From positions 104,146 through 168,145 of the forward strand of contig CAXHJY010000689.1 of assembly GCA_964016885.1 (NCBI GenBank): a stretch of DNA of 64,000 nucleotides, given 5' to 3'. Source of the stretch: Eledone cirrhosa (Eukaryota). How positions within the stretch are numbered: the stretch's first letter is position 1; every line of letters starts with the position of its first letter. Below the pieces are notes generated by a model, which was given only the letters and a program-made list of their open reading frames with translations, was not told where the DNA came from and did not search any database. The position numbers and the translations under genes are program-made. Positions 44,403 to 57,200 of this stretch are shown here, in pieces.

Positions 44403-45360
44403 CATATATATATATATCGTAATTTATCATATCTCATATTCTCTACGTGTCTATGTTGCTACGTCACAGTACTCTATCATTAATACAACTTATCGCTCAT
44501 GAAATCTTCTTAGCCATCACACCTCTTAAACTTATCTCAAAAGCATTTATTTCTCTTCAGCTTTTTTTATTGCTTAATTAAAGGTGTTGTGTAGCAAACA
44601 TTCCCTTTTTCAAGTAACAAAAATTTGTTATCAGACAAAAGTTATAGTCTGAATGTTTTCTATAGAATGGTCTACATTAAAGGCTAGCAAGGACCAGGTA
44701 ATTGAGTTACACCAAGCGACAGATTAAGTCTACTACTCAAGAAAAGGAACAGACACATTGATAGACTTCCACAGAGATTCACTGTACCAAATCTCATTTA
44801 ACTAGCAGTTATTGCACATCCATATATTGCTCCTCATTTATCTCACAATGACGTATATCTCTTCAATTGTTATCACATAGTCATATAATTCTCGTCTGTC
44901 ATGATATCACACAAGCACATATCACTTTTCAATTGATATCTCATAGAAATATTTCTCTCATCTAACATAATATCTCACAGCCATATATCCCTCACCTACT
45001 GTTAGTTCACATCCATATATGTTACATCCGATTTTATCTTACAGCCATATATTTCACGCCAATTTAGGAAGGAGCCTTTAGGTGGGGTGGCTGATGCAGC
45101 GGGTGTCGCTGGCCACTGTCCATCAAATGTCTTTGCCATTTGGTCCGCGGGGTGCAGCCAAAGCACCGCTCTGACCTAAGTGTAGACTCTGTCATCCCCC
45201 CTCCTCACTTCCTTTCTTCCTTTCTCTTGCAGTCCTAGCTCTTCTCCTCATTTTCCTCTCATTTATGGCATTTATAGTCCTTTCCAATACTGCTTTCATT
45301 TTCCGTATGTTTAACCAAATAAAAATGTCACTAAATGTTTTTAAAAAGAACTAAAATAAT

Positions 45361-46590
45361 TGTTATCACAGCTATATATCTCTGTTATGTTATCTCACAG
45401 CTATATATACCCCTGTCATGTTATCTTATAGCTATATACCTCTGTCATGTTATCCCACAGCTATATACCTCTGTCATGTTATCCCACAGCTATATATACC
45501 CATGTCATGTTATCTTATAGCTATATACCTCTGTCATGTTATCCCACAGCTATATATCTCTGTTATGTTATCCCACAGTTATATACCTCTGTCATGTTAT
45601 CTCACAGCTATATACCTCTGTCATGTTATCCCACAGCTATATATATACCTCTGTCAAGCTATCCCACAGCTATATACCTCTGTCATGTTATCCCACAGCT
45701 ATATATCTCTGTTATGTTATCCCACAGTTATATACCTCTGTCATGTTATCTCACAGCTATATACCTCTGTCATGTTATCCCACAGCTATATACCTTTGTT
45801 ATGTTATCCCACAGTTATATACCTCTATCATGTTATCTCACAGCTATATACCTCTGTCATGTTATCCCACAGCTATATACCTCTGTTGTGTTATCCCACA
45901 GCTATATACCTCTATGTTATCCCATAGCTATATACCTCTGTTGTGTTATCCCACAGCTATACACCTCTGTCATTTTATCCCACAGCTATATACCTCTGTT
46001 ATGTTATCCCACAGCTATATACCTCTGTCGTGTTATCCCACAACTATATATCTCTGTCATGTTATCCCATAGCTATATATCTCTGTTATGTTATCCCATA
46101 GTTATATACCTCTGTCATGTTATCCCACAACTATATATCTCTGTTATATTATCCCACAGCTATATATCTCATATATCTCTGTTATGTTATCCCACAGCTA
46201 TATACCTCTGTTATGTTATCCCACAGCTATATACCTGTTATGTTATCACATAGCTATATACCTCTGTTATGTTATCACAAACCTATATACCTCTGTCATG
46301 TTATCCCATAGCTATATACCTCTATGTTATCACATAGCTATATACGTCTGTCATGTTATCTCATAGCTATATACGTCTGTCATGTTATCCCACAGCTATA
46401 TACCTCTGTTATGTTATCTCATAGCTGTATACCTCTGTCATGTTATCCCACAGCTATATACCTCTATGTTGTCACATAGCTATATATGTCTGTCATGTTA
46501 TCCCACAGCTCTATACTTCTCTCATGTTATCCCACAGCTCTATACTTCTGTTATGTTATCTCATAGCTGTACACCTCTCCTCTGTTATAT
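45361..46590. repeat. 29-bp minisatellite (TATACCTCTGTCATGTTATCCCACAGCTA)
   Basis: About 40 tandem units, with degenerate relatives upstream at ~44830-45060. Confidence 0.95.
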
Positions 46591-46983
46591 GAATATGTAA
46601 TATTTCCCGCCAAATTTCTTTGCTTATCTCACTATTTGATATTTCAGATTCCTCTCTCTCTCTCTCTCTCCCCTTTCTCTTTCTCACTAATCGTTGTTCT
46701 TCTCAATATTTTCTCCTACTCCCACACTCTCCGAATGTATCTCCTATTACCGCACTCTCTCTCTTCCCCTCTCTCTCTCTTTCTCTATTTCTTTACTCCT
46801 TCCTTCTTCTCCCCTCCTCCCACCACTATTATTCTTGCCTCCCCCCCTCTCCTCACCCTCTGGAGTTCTCTATCCCTTCAATTTCATTAACCTTTCTCTA
46901 CTTTCCTCACCTCCCTTTCTTCTATACTCATTCATGCTATCTTTCTCTCACTCTCACTCTTCTCTCTCTTTATCCCACTCTTA

Positions 46984-47017
<34 letters not shown>

Positions 47018-47394
47018 TTCTCTTTCACATTCTCTTTCTTATTCTCACTCACTCTGTTTTTCTTTCTTACTCTCTCACTCTCACACCTCTCTCTCTCTTT
47101 ATCCCTCTCTTACTCTCACTCTCTCTCTCTCTACCTCCCCCCCCCCTCTCTCTCTCTCTCTCTCCCTACTTCCATTAAAAGGTACCTCCGTCTGGATGCA
47201 CTCACTGAGATTAGGAAAACAATATTCAGCATAAACATGAATATTTCTGTGTCTATGTGTATGTGTGTATATATGTGTCTGTGTCAGTGTCTGTGTGTGT
47301 GTGTATGTATGTGTATGTATGTGTGTGTGTGGGTGTGTTTGTGCATCTTACATTTCAAGCTGACTGCGTTTATATTTGACTGCTTGAATGCATC

Positions 47395-47444
47395 TCTCTA
47401 TCTATCTATCTGTCTGTCTGTCTGTCTGCATATCTATCTATCTA

Positions 47445-47501
<57 letters not shown>

Positions 47502-47537
47502 CTCGATATGCATATATATATATATGTATATATATAC

Positions 47538-47583
<46 letters not shown>

Positions 47584-47844
47584 GTATATATATATATGTA
47601 TCTATATATATATATGTATCTATATATATATATATATATATATGTATCTATATATATATATATATATATGTATCTATATATATATATATATGTATCTATA
47701 TATATATATATATATATGTATCTATATATATATATATATATATATATGTATCTATATATATATATATGTATCTATATATATATATATATGTATCTATATG
47801 TATATATATATGTATATATATATGTGTATATATATATATGTATC

Positions 47845-47887
<43 letters not shown>

Positions 47888-47894
47888 GTATATC

Positions 47895-47935
<41 letters not shown>

Positions 47936-47942
47936 GTATATA

Positions 47943-47986
<44 letters not shown>

Positions 47987-47993
47987 TATGCGC

Positions 47994-48043
<50 letters not shown>

Positions 48044-48086
48044 GTATATATATATGTATATATATATGTATATATATATGTATATA

Positions 48087-48142
<56 letters not shown>

Positions 48143-48170
48143 TATGCGTGTGTGTGTGTATATGTGTGTG
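47395..48170. repeat. (TA)n/(TATG)/(TATC) array
   Basis: Directly visible. Confidence 0.95.
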
Positions 48171-48272
48171 TAATATAGGTGTGTATGATTAATTGAGTAA
48201 CATCCAATTAAAAACGCACTCCCTCACCACTACTACTACTACTATTACTACTACTACTGGTAGTAGTAATAA

Positions 48273-48306
<34 letters not shown>

Positions 48307-48524
48307 GGTGCTACATCCATTCCAACGCATTAACTCGTGCTCTTTTAATTATGTCAAAATTCGCCTCATGTTCATAGGAAGTATTTCACAGCACTTCCTT
48401 CAAGTACAGTAAGGCACAACTTCCAAAACATATCTATCCATATTTCTCTGTCTCTCTCTCCCTCTATCTATCTATTTATATGTCTATCTCTCTATCTATC
48501 TATCTCTCTGAGGGTTTTGTTGTA

Positions 48525-48529
<5 letters not shown>

Positions 48530-48566
<37 letters not shown>

Positions 48567-48720
48567 GGGAATGTATGTTTGTATGTATGTCACTGAAAGG
48601 TTCCCAAAACGGTGTGTCCTAGTGAAAAACGGATTTGAATTTCGAAACATGCGTCCCAAGGAGAATGTTTTTTTTTTTTTGTTTTTTCTTAATTCCGAAA
48701 GAATAAAAGAAAAATTTGAT
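48530..48720 (+). mobile_element. Possible Helitron 5' portion
   Basis: (TA)nAAA..(GTAT/GTTT)n..CCAAAACGG layout typical of microsatellite-bearing non-autonomous Helitrons. No 3' CTAG found. Confidence 0.35.
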
Positions 48721-49156
48721 ATATAAAAATAGTAATACTATGCTTCTGTCGGTCATCTCGTGCATTCCTGGAAAATGACCTTTTTATTCCGTCCATCCAT
48801 GTCATCAACAGGGAGCATTGTTTTCACTATGAGACAGACAGTTGTCCTCATCGAGGTCACTTGATGTTTACCTGAAGACGCTCAAGCTAAAGTACACAAC
48901 GAGCCACAGATTCCAATTCAACATACAGCTCTACTGAGTAACTTTTCATAGACACCACCTTGAGGGCGATTGGCGATACACGGGCGGGCCGCATGGAATA
49001 AGTAACGAGAGATGAGGCATGAGGGAGACATGATCTGACTTTGGAATTTAAAAAAATTGAAAGAAAGGCATTCTATGGTGAAAAAATTTCCCGGCAATGA
49101 CAGGCTACTCTGCTGGTACATGTATATATTCTTAAACACACACACTCTTTCTCTTT

Positions 49157-49191
<35 letters not shown>

Positions 49192-49277
49192 GAAATGAAT
49201 GTCTCAACGTAAATTACCATAATAATAGTTGACAATATCAGGTAAAGTGCCCCTGGCGGGAGGGAATATTGGTCAGA

Positions 49278-49352
49278 GACGCCTGCGTGAAATTGAACCC
49301 TGCATCTCTTGGATGTCAGGCGAATGCCTTAACCTCTACGTTACTAAGCCGG
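49278..49352 (-). mobile_element. tRNA-like SINE head or tRNA pseudogene
   Basis: Minus strand TAACGTAGAGG (A box)..CTGACAT loop..GGTTCAATT (B box). Stems pair poorly. Confidence 0.45.
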
Positions 49353-50002
49353 TGACTTCTAATTCCGTCTTTTAAGAAGATTTCGAGCCTATAATTAGAA
49401 GTGTAAACGAAGCTGTTAACTGAGGAAGCATTGGGAAAATTTGAAATGTGTGCGTCCCAACGTAAATGAACAATTCCTTATTAAATATTCTAAAATTTAA
49501 TGTCTTCTCGTGTATGATATTATTCATCTACTTAGTGATTTTTTTATGTTATCAGCGCGGCAGTTATTATCATGCAATCTCTGTTTCACTGAGAAATTTC
49601 TAATAAGATCGAAACACGTTCAGAGTTGACTCCCGAAATGGTTAATTGCAAATAATTAGTTATTGAACAAATGCCGTTGTTTCATTAAATAACTATTTCC
49701 AATTTGGCATATAAACGTTTGTTGAGATGAGCACGATGAATTCGTATCGACTATACCTGTATCAAGAATGTTTCTTGAACTCTTTAAGAGCATGTGGGTT
49801 TTCTAATCGATAGATCAACATGGGATTCATTTTTAAATAACCAACATTTTTGCCTTAGAAAATTGTTAATTTACTAAGTTGAACCTAAGTTGAATTTTTT
49901 TCTTTTACACTAGATAAGTTTATTAAGCACTTATTCCGTCAACGGTTGTATAATATAAGCTCTAGCTCCAATTATTTTCTTTTTACAATTAGGCAGGATA
50001 TA

Positions 50003-50222
50003 AGGGGGGGGGTGACAGTATCCATGGACGGTCGGACGCCATGCTTTGCAGCATAGAGTTACGAGCCTTTATGATCTAAGTGCAAATCCCGCCGAGGCTA
50101 ACTTTGACTTGTATCCTTACGGGGTCGATAAAATAAAGCACTATTAACGTACTGGGGTCGATTTAATCGACTTTCCCCTCCCCCCAAATGACTAACCTTG
50201 TGCCTATACTAGAAAACATAAT
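50003..50222 (+). mobile_element. Nin-domain SINE
   Basis: GGTCGGACGCCATGCTTTGCAGCA..CAAATCCCGCCGAGG..CCTTACGGGGTCGATAAAATAAAG. Confidence 0.8.
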
Positions 50223-50609
50223 TAGGCAGGATATATTCTTCATACACTATTGTCTGCTCTTGCACTTTCTCCTACTACCCTAAAGATATAAATTCGAAAT
50301 CGTTTTCACATCGGACCATACAGTACTCCCAGAAAATGTTCCACTAGTTTTCCTCTTTAGAGCCCGTTTTCTTATATCCGTTTTATTGGAATTGCTCGGT
50401 ATTCGTGAAACGTTTTCATACTGACCCCCAATAAAATGTTTTCATGAAAAATACCCATTTTCAGTGTTCCTATTCAAATTAAAATCTTCCAACATTACTA
50501 GAACTATTTCTTACAAATATTACCTTAATAATGAAAAAAATTGTAATTTAAGTAAATCCCACCAAAATATTGATTAATTAATTGAAATACAGTGTATTTC
50601 ATTAGAAAC

Positions 50610-50648
<39 letters not shown>

Positions 50649-50652
<4 letters not shown>

Positions 50653-50845
50653 ATGTTCAAGACGCCGACGGCAGAGCTCAACCCGTTTCGAAGGCTATTT
50701 CTGGACCTCCGATTGAACCCATGACTCATGGTTCAATCGGAGGTAACCACGGTAAATAAGGTACTTAATACATTAGTAGAGTGTAAACATCAAATTTAAT
50801 ATAGAAATGGCAAGACTAGAACTGTTTCATTCGAAATAAATCATA
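50649..50845 (-). mobile_element. Chimera of two Penelope-like remnants joined by a hairpin
   Basis: 50664-50705 matches the 13668-13709 family, 50705-50744 is a fold-back, and 50730-50845 is a reverse-complement relative of 52450-52565. Confidence 0.6.
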
Positions 50846-51338
50846 TATATGTGTGTGTGTGTGTGTGTTTGTGTGTGTATACAGTATGAATACGTAACTT
50901 ATAAACCCTCCCATGCTGATTCTCGCCTCGGATTACGTTATAAATACAAGTATCTACGAAATACTGAGCTACTTACAATATAATTCAATAAGTATGGGAT
51001 CGAGCAACTATAATACTTATCGAAACTAATATCGATTCCATTTCCTCTTAGTTTCTGCATGTGTATATGTGTCTGTCTTTTGTCAGTCGGTATTAACAAA
51101 ATGGTTGAGGGGGACATGCCTCTGAGAGGGGTTATAAATTCGTAGCGATCGCCGTCGCAAACTTTCATGTGTTCGGTCACCAAACTTCCGTTTTCTTCTG
51201 CAAAATTGTGGTGGGGGGTATTGAATCCCGGTTGAGGGTGAAACTCCGTGACTTTATCTGGCTGGTGCAGCATGTATCGCTGGTTCTTATACACATATAG
51301 ATAAAAATATATGTGTGTGTGTATTCTTCATTCCACCA

Positions 51339-51393
<55 letters not shown>

Positions 51394-51395
<2 letters not shown>

Positions 51396-51900
51396 GTGGG
51401 AAAGTAAGAAATCGGAGAATAGACCGTTAAAACGTGTTTATTTAAAACAGCACCTACGTACGTTTCGCCCAGCTGGGCTTCTCAAGGGCATAAATAATCA
51501 AAAGTGTTCCTTACATTGCTCGGAAAGAGTTTTTGGGGTTAAATCCACGTCAAGGTTCATTGCTCCCTTGACCTGCTGCAAAATCAAAACGAGCTATTTT
51601 TGCGAGCAATGAATCTTGACGTGGATTTAACCCCAAAAACTCTTTCCGAGCAATGTAAGGAACACTTTTGATTATTTATGCCCTTGAGAAGCCCAACTGG
51701 GTGAAACGTACGTAGGTGGTGTTTTAAATAAACATGTTTTAACGGTCTATTCTCCGATTTCTTACTTTCCCACGTGCTTACGCTCTGCTAACTCTCTAGC
51801 CCACTAAATATTAACACTTCGAATATTTAATACTGCCGGCACTAGTATCGAGCACCTTTGGCATACGCTACTTGGCAAATAACTATATGTATCACCTATC
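51394..51900 (+). mobile_element. Fold-back Penelope-like element (172-bp arms) with variant hammerhead and tail
   Basis: Arms 51394-51565 and 51604-51775 are nearly identical. TTGAGAA-GCCCA..TGGG-T-GAAA-CGTAC-GTA at 51684-51714, AATAAA, tail ATCGAGCACC at 51847. Confidence 0.75.
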
Positions 51901-51937
51901 CTCCCCTTTTTTTTCTCTCTCTCTCGATACGTAAATA

Positions 51938-52017
<80 letters not shown>

Positions 52018-52029
52018 TGCCTCCAGGAG

Positions 52030-52093
52030 GCATGATAGATTTAAAAAACTTATTTTAGGAAAAAGGTAGCGTCTTCGACGCCGGGAAATACGT

Positions 52094-52154
<61 letters not shown>

Positions 52155-52353
52155 CATATATATATATATATATATAACATATATATATATACCGGATTTC
52201 CCGGCGCCGAAGACGCTGCGTCCTCGAGGACGCACCCTAATTTTGACATCCAAAATTTTGAAAAAAATAATAATAAACAACCTTCGGCTTCCATGACGCG
52301 TGGTAGATTTTTGAGACTTGTTTTAGGAGAAAGGTATCGTCTTCGACGCCGGG

Positions 52354-52358
<5 letters not shown>
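52030..52358. mobile_element. Tc2/pogo-like MITE (52192-52358) plus a solo right end (52030-52093) in (TA)n
   Basis: TA|CCG(G)ATTTCCCGGCG.CGAAGACG left end and CGTCTTCGACGCCGGGAAATA(CG) right ends. CCGTA-type termini at TA sites are typical of Tc2-like elements. Confidence 0.6.
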
Positions 52359-52385
<27 letters not shown>

Positions 52386-52390
<5 letters not shown>

Positions 52391-52572
52391 ATGAGATTCT
52401 ACAGGACTAGAACTGTTTCATTCTTTAGAAATCATCAGGAGATTCCTGATGATTTCTAAAGAATGAAACAGTTCTAGTCCTGTAGAATCTCATCTATATT
52501 AAAACTTTTATACTCTGCAATGTATTGAGTACCTTACTTACTGTGGTTACCTCCGATTCAACCCGGAATAAC

Positions 52573-52573
<1 letters not shown>
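52386..52573 (+). mobile_element. Perfect 55-bp hairpin containing a hammerhead core, plus tail
   Basis: Arms 52386-52440 and 52444-52498 are exact reverse complements. CTGATGA at 52446-52452, GAAAC at 52465-52469, tail ATTGAGTACCT at 52524. Confidence 0.75.
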
Positions 52574-52642
<69 letters not shown>

Positions 52643-53194
52643 TTCGATCACTCTCTTTTGTCTACTCACATTTTTCAGCCATTTTCTCTTTCATCTACTG
52701 TCCTCTTCTCTCAACATTCCTATTTCATCTACGTTTCTCTTTTATTCAATTTATGTTCCTCTCATCAACTTTCTTATTCTATCATTTATCCAAATTCTTC
52801 TATTTTCATCTAATGTTCATTATCTTCACTACTTTCTCGCACTTTCATTTATTTTGTACATTTTTTATTTTAAGGCTTAGTGGTTTGTTTGTTTTGTCTT
52901 TCAATCGTAAGGTTATGTGTTCGTTTTCCAGTAGCACGTTGTGTTCAGGAACGAGACATTCTATTACAAGTTTTTGTACTGTACGCGACTGGAAAAAAAT
53001 GATTTGTACCTGTAATAGAAAAGGCAATCCTTGTCACTCTGTGTCGCCTACTATAACTGAGAACGACGTTATGGCTACACGTGTTCATGAAACGCTCGGC
53101 CACTTAATTTCACAAGGGTTCCTCCAAAATGTCTTTTGAGTAACGATATTCAATTGCGTGCGTAGCTCAGATATCAGAGACTCGCTCTAGATAA

Positions 53195-53407
53195 AGCCGC
53201 TACAGATTTTACGAGTAAAAACCAACCGGCAGGAGACCCAGGTGTAGACTTGAGCAAGATGGTTATATAACATCTAAGATCTTGGTGGTTTTGCTTGGGG
53301 ATCCAGCCAGATCAATTGGAGACGGTAGCTTCTCACAAACCCGCTATAAGGAGTGTTTGAAGACTCTGTATTCGCGGCCCTCCCAGGAATAAGTGGGCGA
53401 AGAAGAA
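53195..53407 (+). mobile_element. RTE 3' fragment related to 7511-7737
   Basis: Shared CCGGCAGG.GACCC, GATCCAGCC, AATTGGAGA.GGT.GCTTC, GGAGTGTTTGA and GAATAAGTGG.CGAAGAAGAA. Confidence 0.6.
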
Positions 53408-54012
53408 AACTATTGTTAAAGTTATCTGCATTGGAGCGACTCTAGTCTTTTATCTACTCTCTTCATATTTTTTTTATTTTTACTTTTTTCTTCGTTTCTC
53501 TTCTAATTACTATTTTCATTTCACACTCTTCAATTTTTTTTCTTTCCTTACCTAAATGTCATATTACCATAGTCTTGGGATGACCAACGCCTTGTGAGTG
53601 AAATAGGGTAAACGGAAATTATTTGGAAGTCTGTCGGAAAGACTGTACTTTGATAGTAATATATTTGCATCTGTGGAATACTCAGCCACTGATATTATAT
53701 AATAGAAGATGGACTGTATCCGCATTTCAAGGGGTAAGCTTTGTCACACTGTATCACGCTGAATCACCCTGGGAATTACGTTAAGGATACACGTGTCTGT
53801 TGAATGCTCAGCCACTTAGTCGTTACTTTTATGTGTAGGTTGTTCCGTTAATAGAACAAATGAAAAACTCGTCGTCGAAACCGACATAGGTCCAATCCAA
53901 GATCTATTTTATATTTTTGACCAACACCATTTTTCTTCTCTCTTCCTTTCATGTCCATTCTTCAAACCATATCTTCATCATCATCATCCCATCATCTCTT
54001 CTCTTCTGTAAT

Positions 54013-54181
54013 TTCTTCTTCTTTTTCTTCTTTTTCTTCTTTTTCTTCTTTTTCTTCTTTTTCTTCTTTTTCTTCTTCTTTTTCTTCTTCTTCTTCTTCT
54101 TCTTCTTCTTCTTCTTTTTTTTTTTTTCTTCTTTTTCTTCTTCTTCTTCTTCTTCTTCTTCTTCTTCTTCTTCTTTTCTTC
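54013..54181. repeat. (TTC)n / TTTTTCTTC microsatellite
   Basis: Directly visible. Confidence 0.9.
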
Positions 54182-54250
54182 ATAATTTTGAATTGTTTAT
54201 TTTTCTATTTCTCCGTTTTAGAGTTAATTTTCTAATTTGAATAAACAGTT

Positions 54251-57200
54251 AACAACAACAACATCACCAATACCACCACTATCATCAACCACAACAACAA
54301 CACCACCACCAACATCACCAATACCACCACTATCATCAACCACAACACCACCACCAACAACATCACCAATACCACCACTATCATCAACCACAACAACAAC
54401 ATCACCAATACCACCACTATCATCAACCACAACAACAACACCACCAACAACATCACCAATACCACCACTATCATCAACCACAACACCACCACCACCAACA
54501 ACATCACCAATACCACCACTATCATCAACCACAACAACACCACCACCACCAACATCACCAATACCACCACTATCATCAACCACAACACCACCACCACCAA
54601 CAACATCACCAATACCACCACTATCATCAATCACAACACCACCACCACCAACAACATCACCAATACCACCACTATCATCAACCACAACACCACCACCAAC
54701 AACATCACCAATACCACCACTATCATCAACCACAACACCACCACCACCAACAACATCACCAATACCACCACTATCATCAACCACAACACCACCACCACCA
54801 ACAACATCACCAATACCACCACTATCATCAACCACAACACCACCACCAACAACAACATCACCAATACCACCACTATCATCAACCACAACAACACCAACAA
54901 CAACACCACCAACAACATCACCAATACCACCACTATCATCAACCACAACACCACCACCAACAACATCACCAATACCACCACTATCATCAACCACACCACC
55001 ACCACCAACAACATCACCAATACCACCACTATTATCAACCACAACACCACCACTAACAACATCACCAATACCACCACTATCATCAACCACAACACCACCT
55101 CCACCAACAACATCACCAATACCACCACTATCATCAACCACAACACCACCACCACCAACAACATCACCAATACCACCACTATCATCAACCACAACACCAC
55201 CACCACCAACAACATCACCAATACCACCACTATCATCAACCACAACAACACCACCACCAACAACATCACCAATACCACCACTATCATCAACCACAACACC
55301 TCCACCAACACCATCACCAATACCACCACTATCATCAACCACAACAACACCACCAACAACACCACCACCACCACTATCATCAACCACAACACCACCACCA
55401 CCAACAACGTCACCAATACCACCACTATCATCAACCACAACACCACCACCAACAACATCACCAATACCACCACTATCATCAACCACAACACCACCACCAC
55501 CAACAACATCACCAATACCACCACTATCATCAACCACAACACCACCACCAACAACATCACCAATACCACCACTATCATCAACCACACCAGCACCACCAAC
55601 AACATCACCAATACCACCACTATCATCAACCACAACACCACCACCAACAACATCACCAATACCACCACTATCATCAACCACAACACCACCAACAACAACA
55701 TCACCAATACCACCACTATCATCAACCACAACACCACCACCACCAACAACATCACCAATACCACCACTATCATCAACCACAACACCACCACCACCAACAT
55801 CACCAATACCACCACTATCATCAACCACAACACCACCACCACCAACAACATCACCAATACCACCACTATCATCAACCACAACACCACCACCACCAACAAC
55901 ATCACCAATACCACCACTATCATCAACCACAACACCACCACCACCAACAACATCACCAATACCACCACTATCATCAACCACAACACCACCACCACCACCA
56001 ACATCACCAATACCACCACTATCATCAACCACAACACCACCACCAACAACAACATCACCAATACCACCACTATCATCAACCACAACAACACCACCAACAA
56101 CACCACCACCACCACTATCATCAACCACAACACCACCACCACCAACAACATCACCAATACCACCACTATCATCAACCACAACACCACCACCAACAACATC
56201 ACCAATACCACCACTATCATCAACCACAACACCACCACCAACAACAACATCACCAATACCACCACTATCATCAACCACAACAACACCAACAACAACACCA
56301 CCAACAACATCACCAATACCACCACTATCATCAACCACAACACCACCACCACCAACAACATCACCAATACCACCACTATCATCAACCACAACAACACCAA
56401 CAACAACACCACCAACAACAACACCAATACCACCACTATCATCAACCACAACAACACCAACAACAACACCACCAACAACAACACCAATACCACCACTATT
56501 ATCAACCACAACACCACCACCAACAACATCACCAATACCACCACTATCATCAACCACACCACCACCACCAACAACATCACCAATACCACCACTATTATCA
56601 ACCACAACACCACCACCAACAACATCACCAATACCACCACTATCATCAACCACAACACCACCACCACCAACAACATCACCAATACCACCACTATCATCAA
56701 CCACAACACCACCACCAACAACAACATCACCAATACCACCACTATCATCAACCACAACAACACCAACAACAACACCACCAACAACATCACCAATACCACC
56801 ACTATCATCAACCACAACACCACCACCAACAACATCACCAATACCACCACTATCATCAACCACACCACCACCACCAACAACATCACCAATACCACCACTA
56901 TTATCAACCACAACACCACCACCAACAACATCACCAATACCACCACTATCATCAACCACAACACCACCTCCACCAACAACATCACCAATACCACCACTAT
57001 CATCAACCACAACACCACCACCACCAACAACATCACCAATACCACCACTATCATCAACCACAACACCACCACCACCAACAACATCACCAATACCACCACT
57101 ATCATCAACCACAACAACACCACCACCAACAACATCACCAATACCACCACTATCATCAACCACAACACCTCCACCAACACCATCACCAATACCACCACTA

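Noticed and set aside
45361-46590. 29-bp repeat of CRISPR-like length
   Set aside because: Head-to-tail units without unique spacers, no cas genes, eukaryotic context.
49278-49352. Functional tRNA gene
   Set aside because: Acceptor and anticodon stems do not pair properly; treated as a SINE head or pseudogene.
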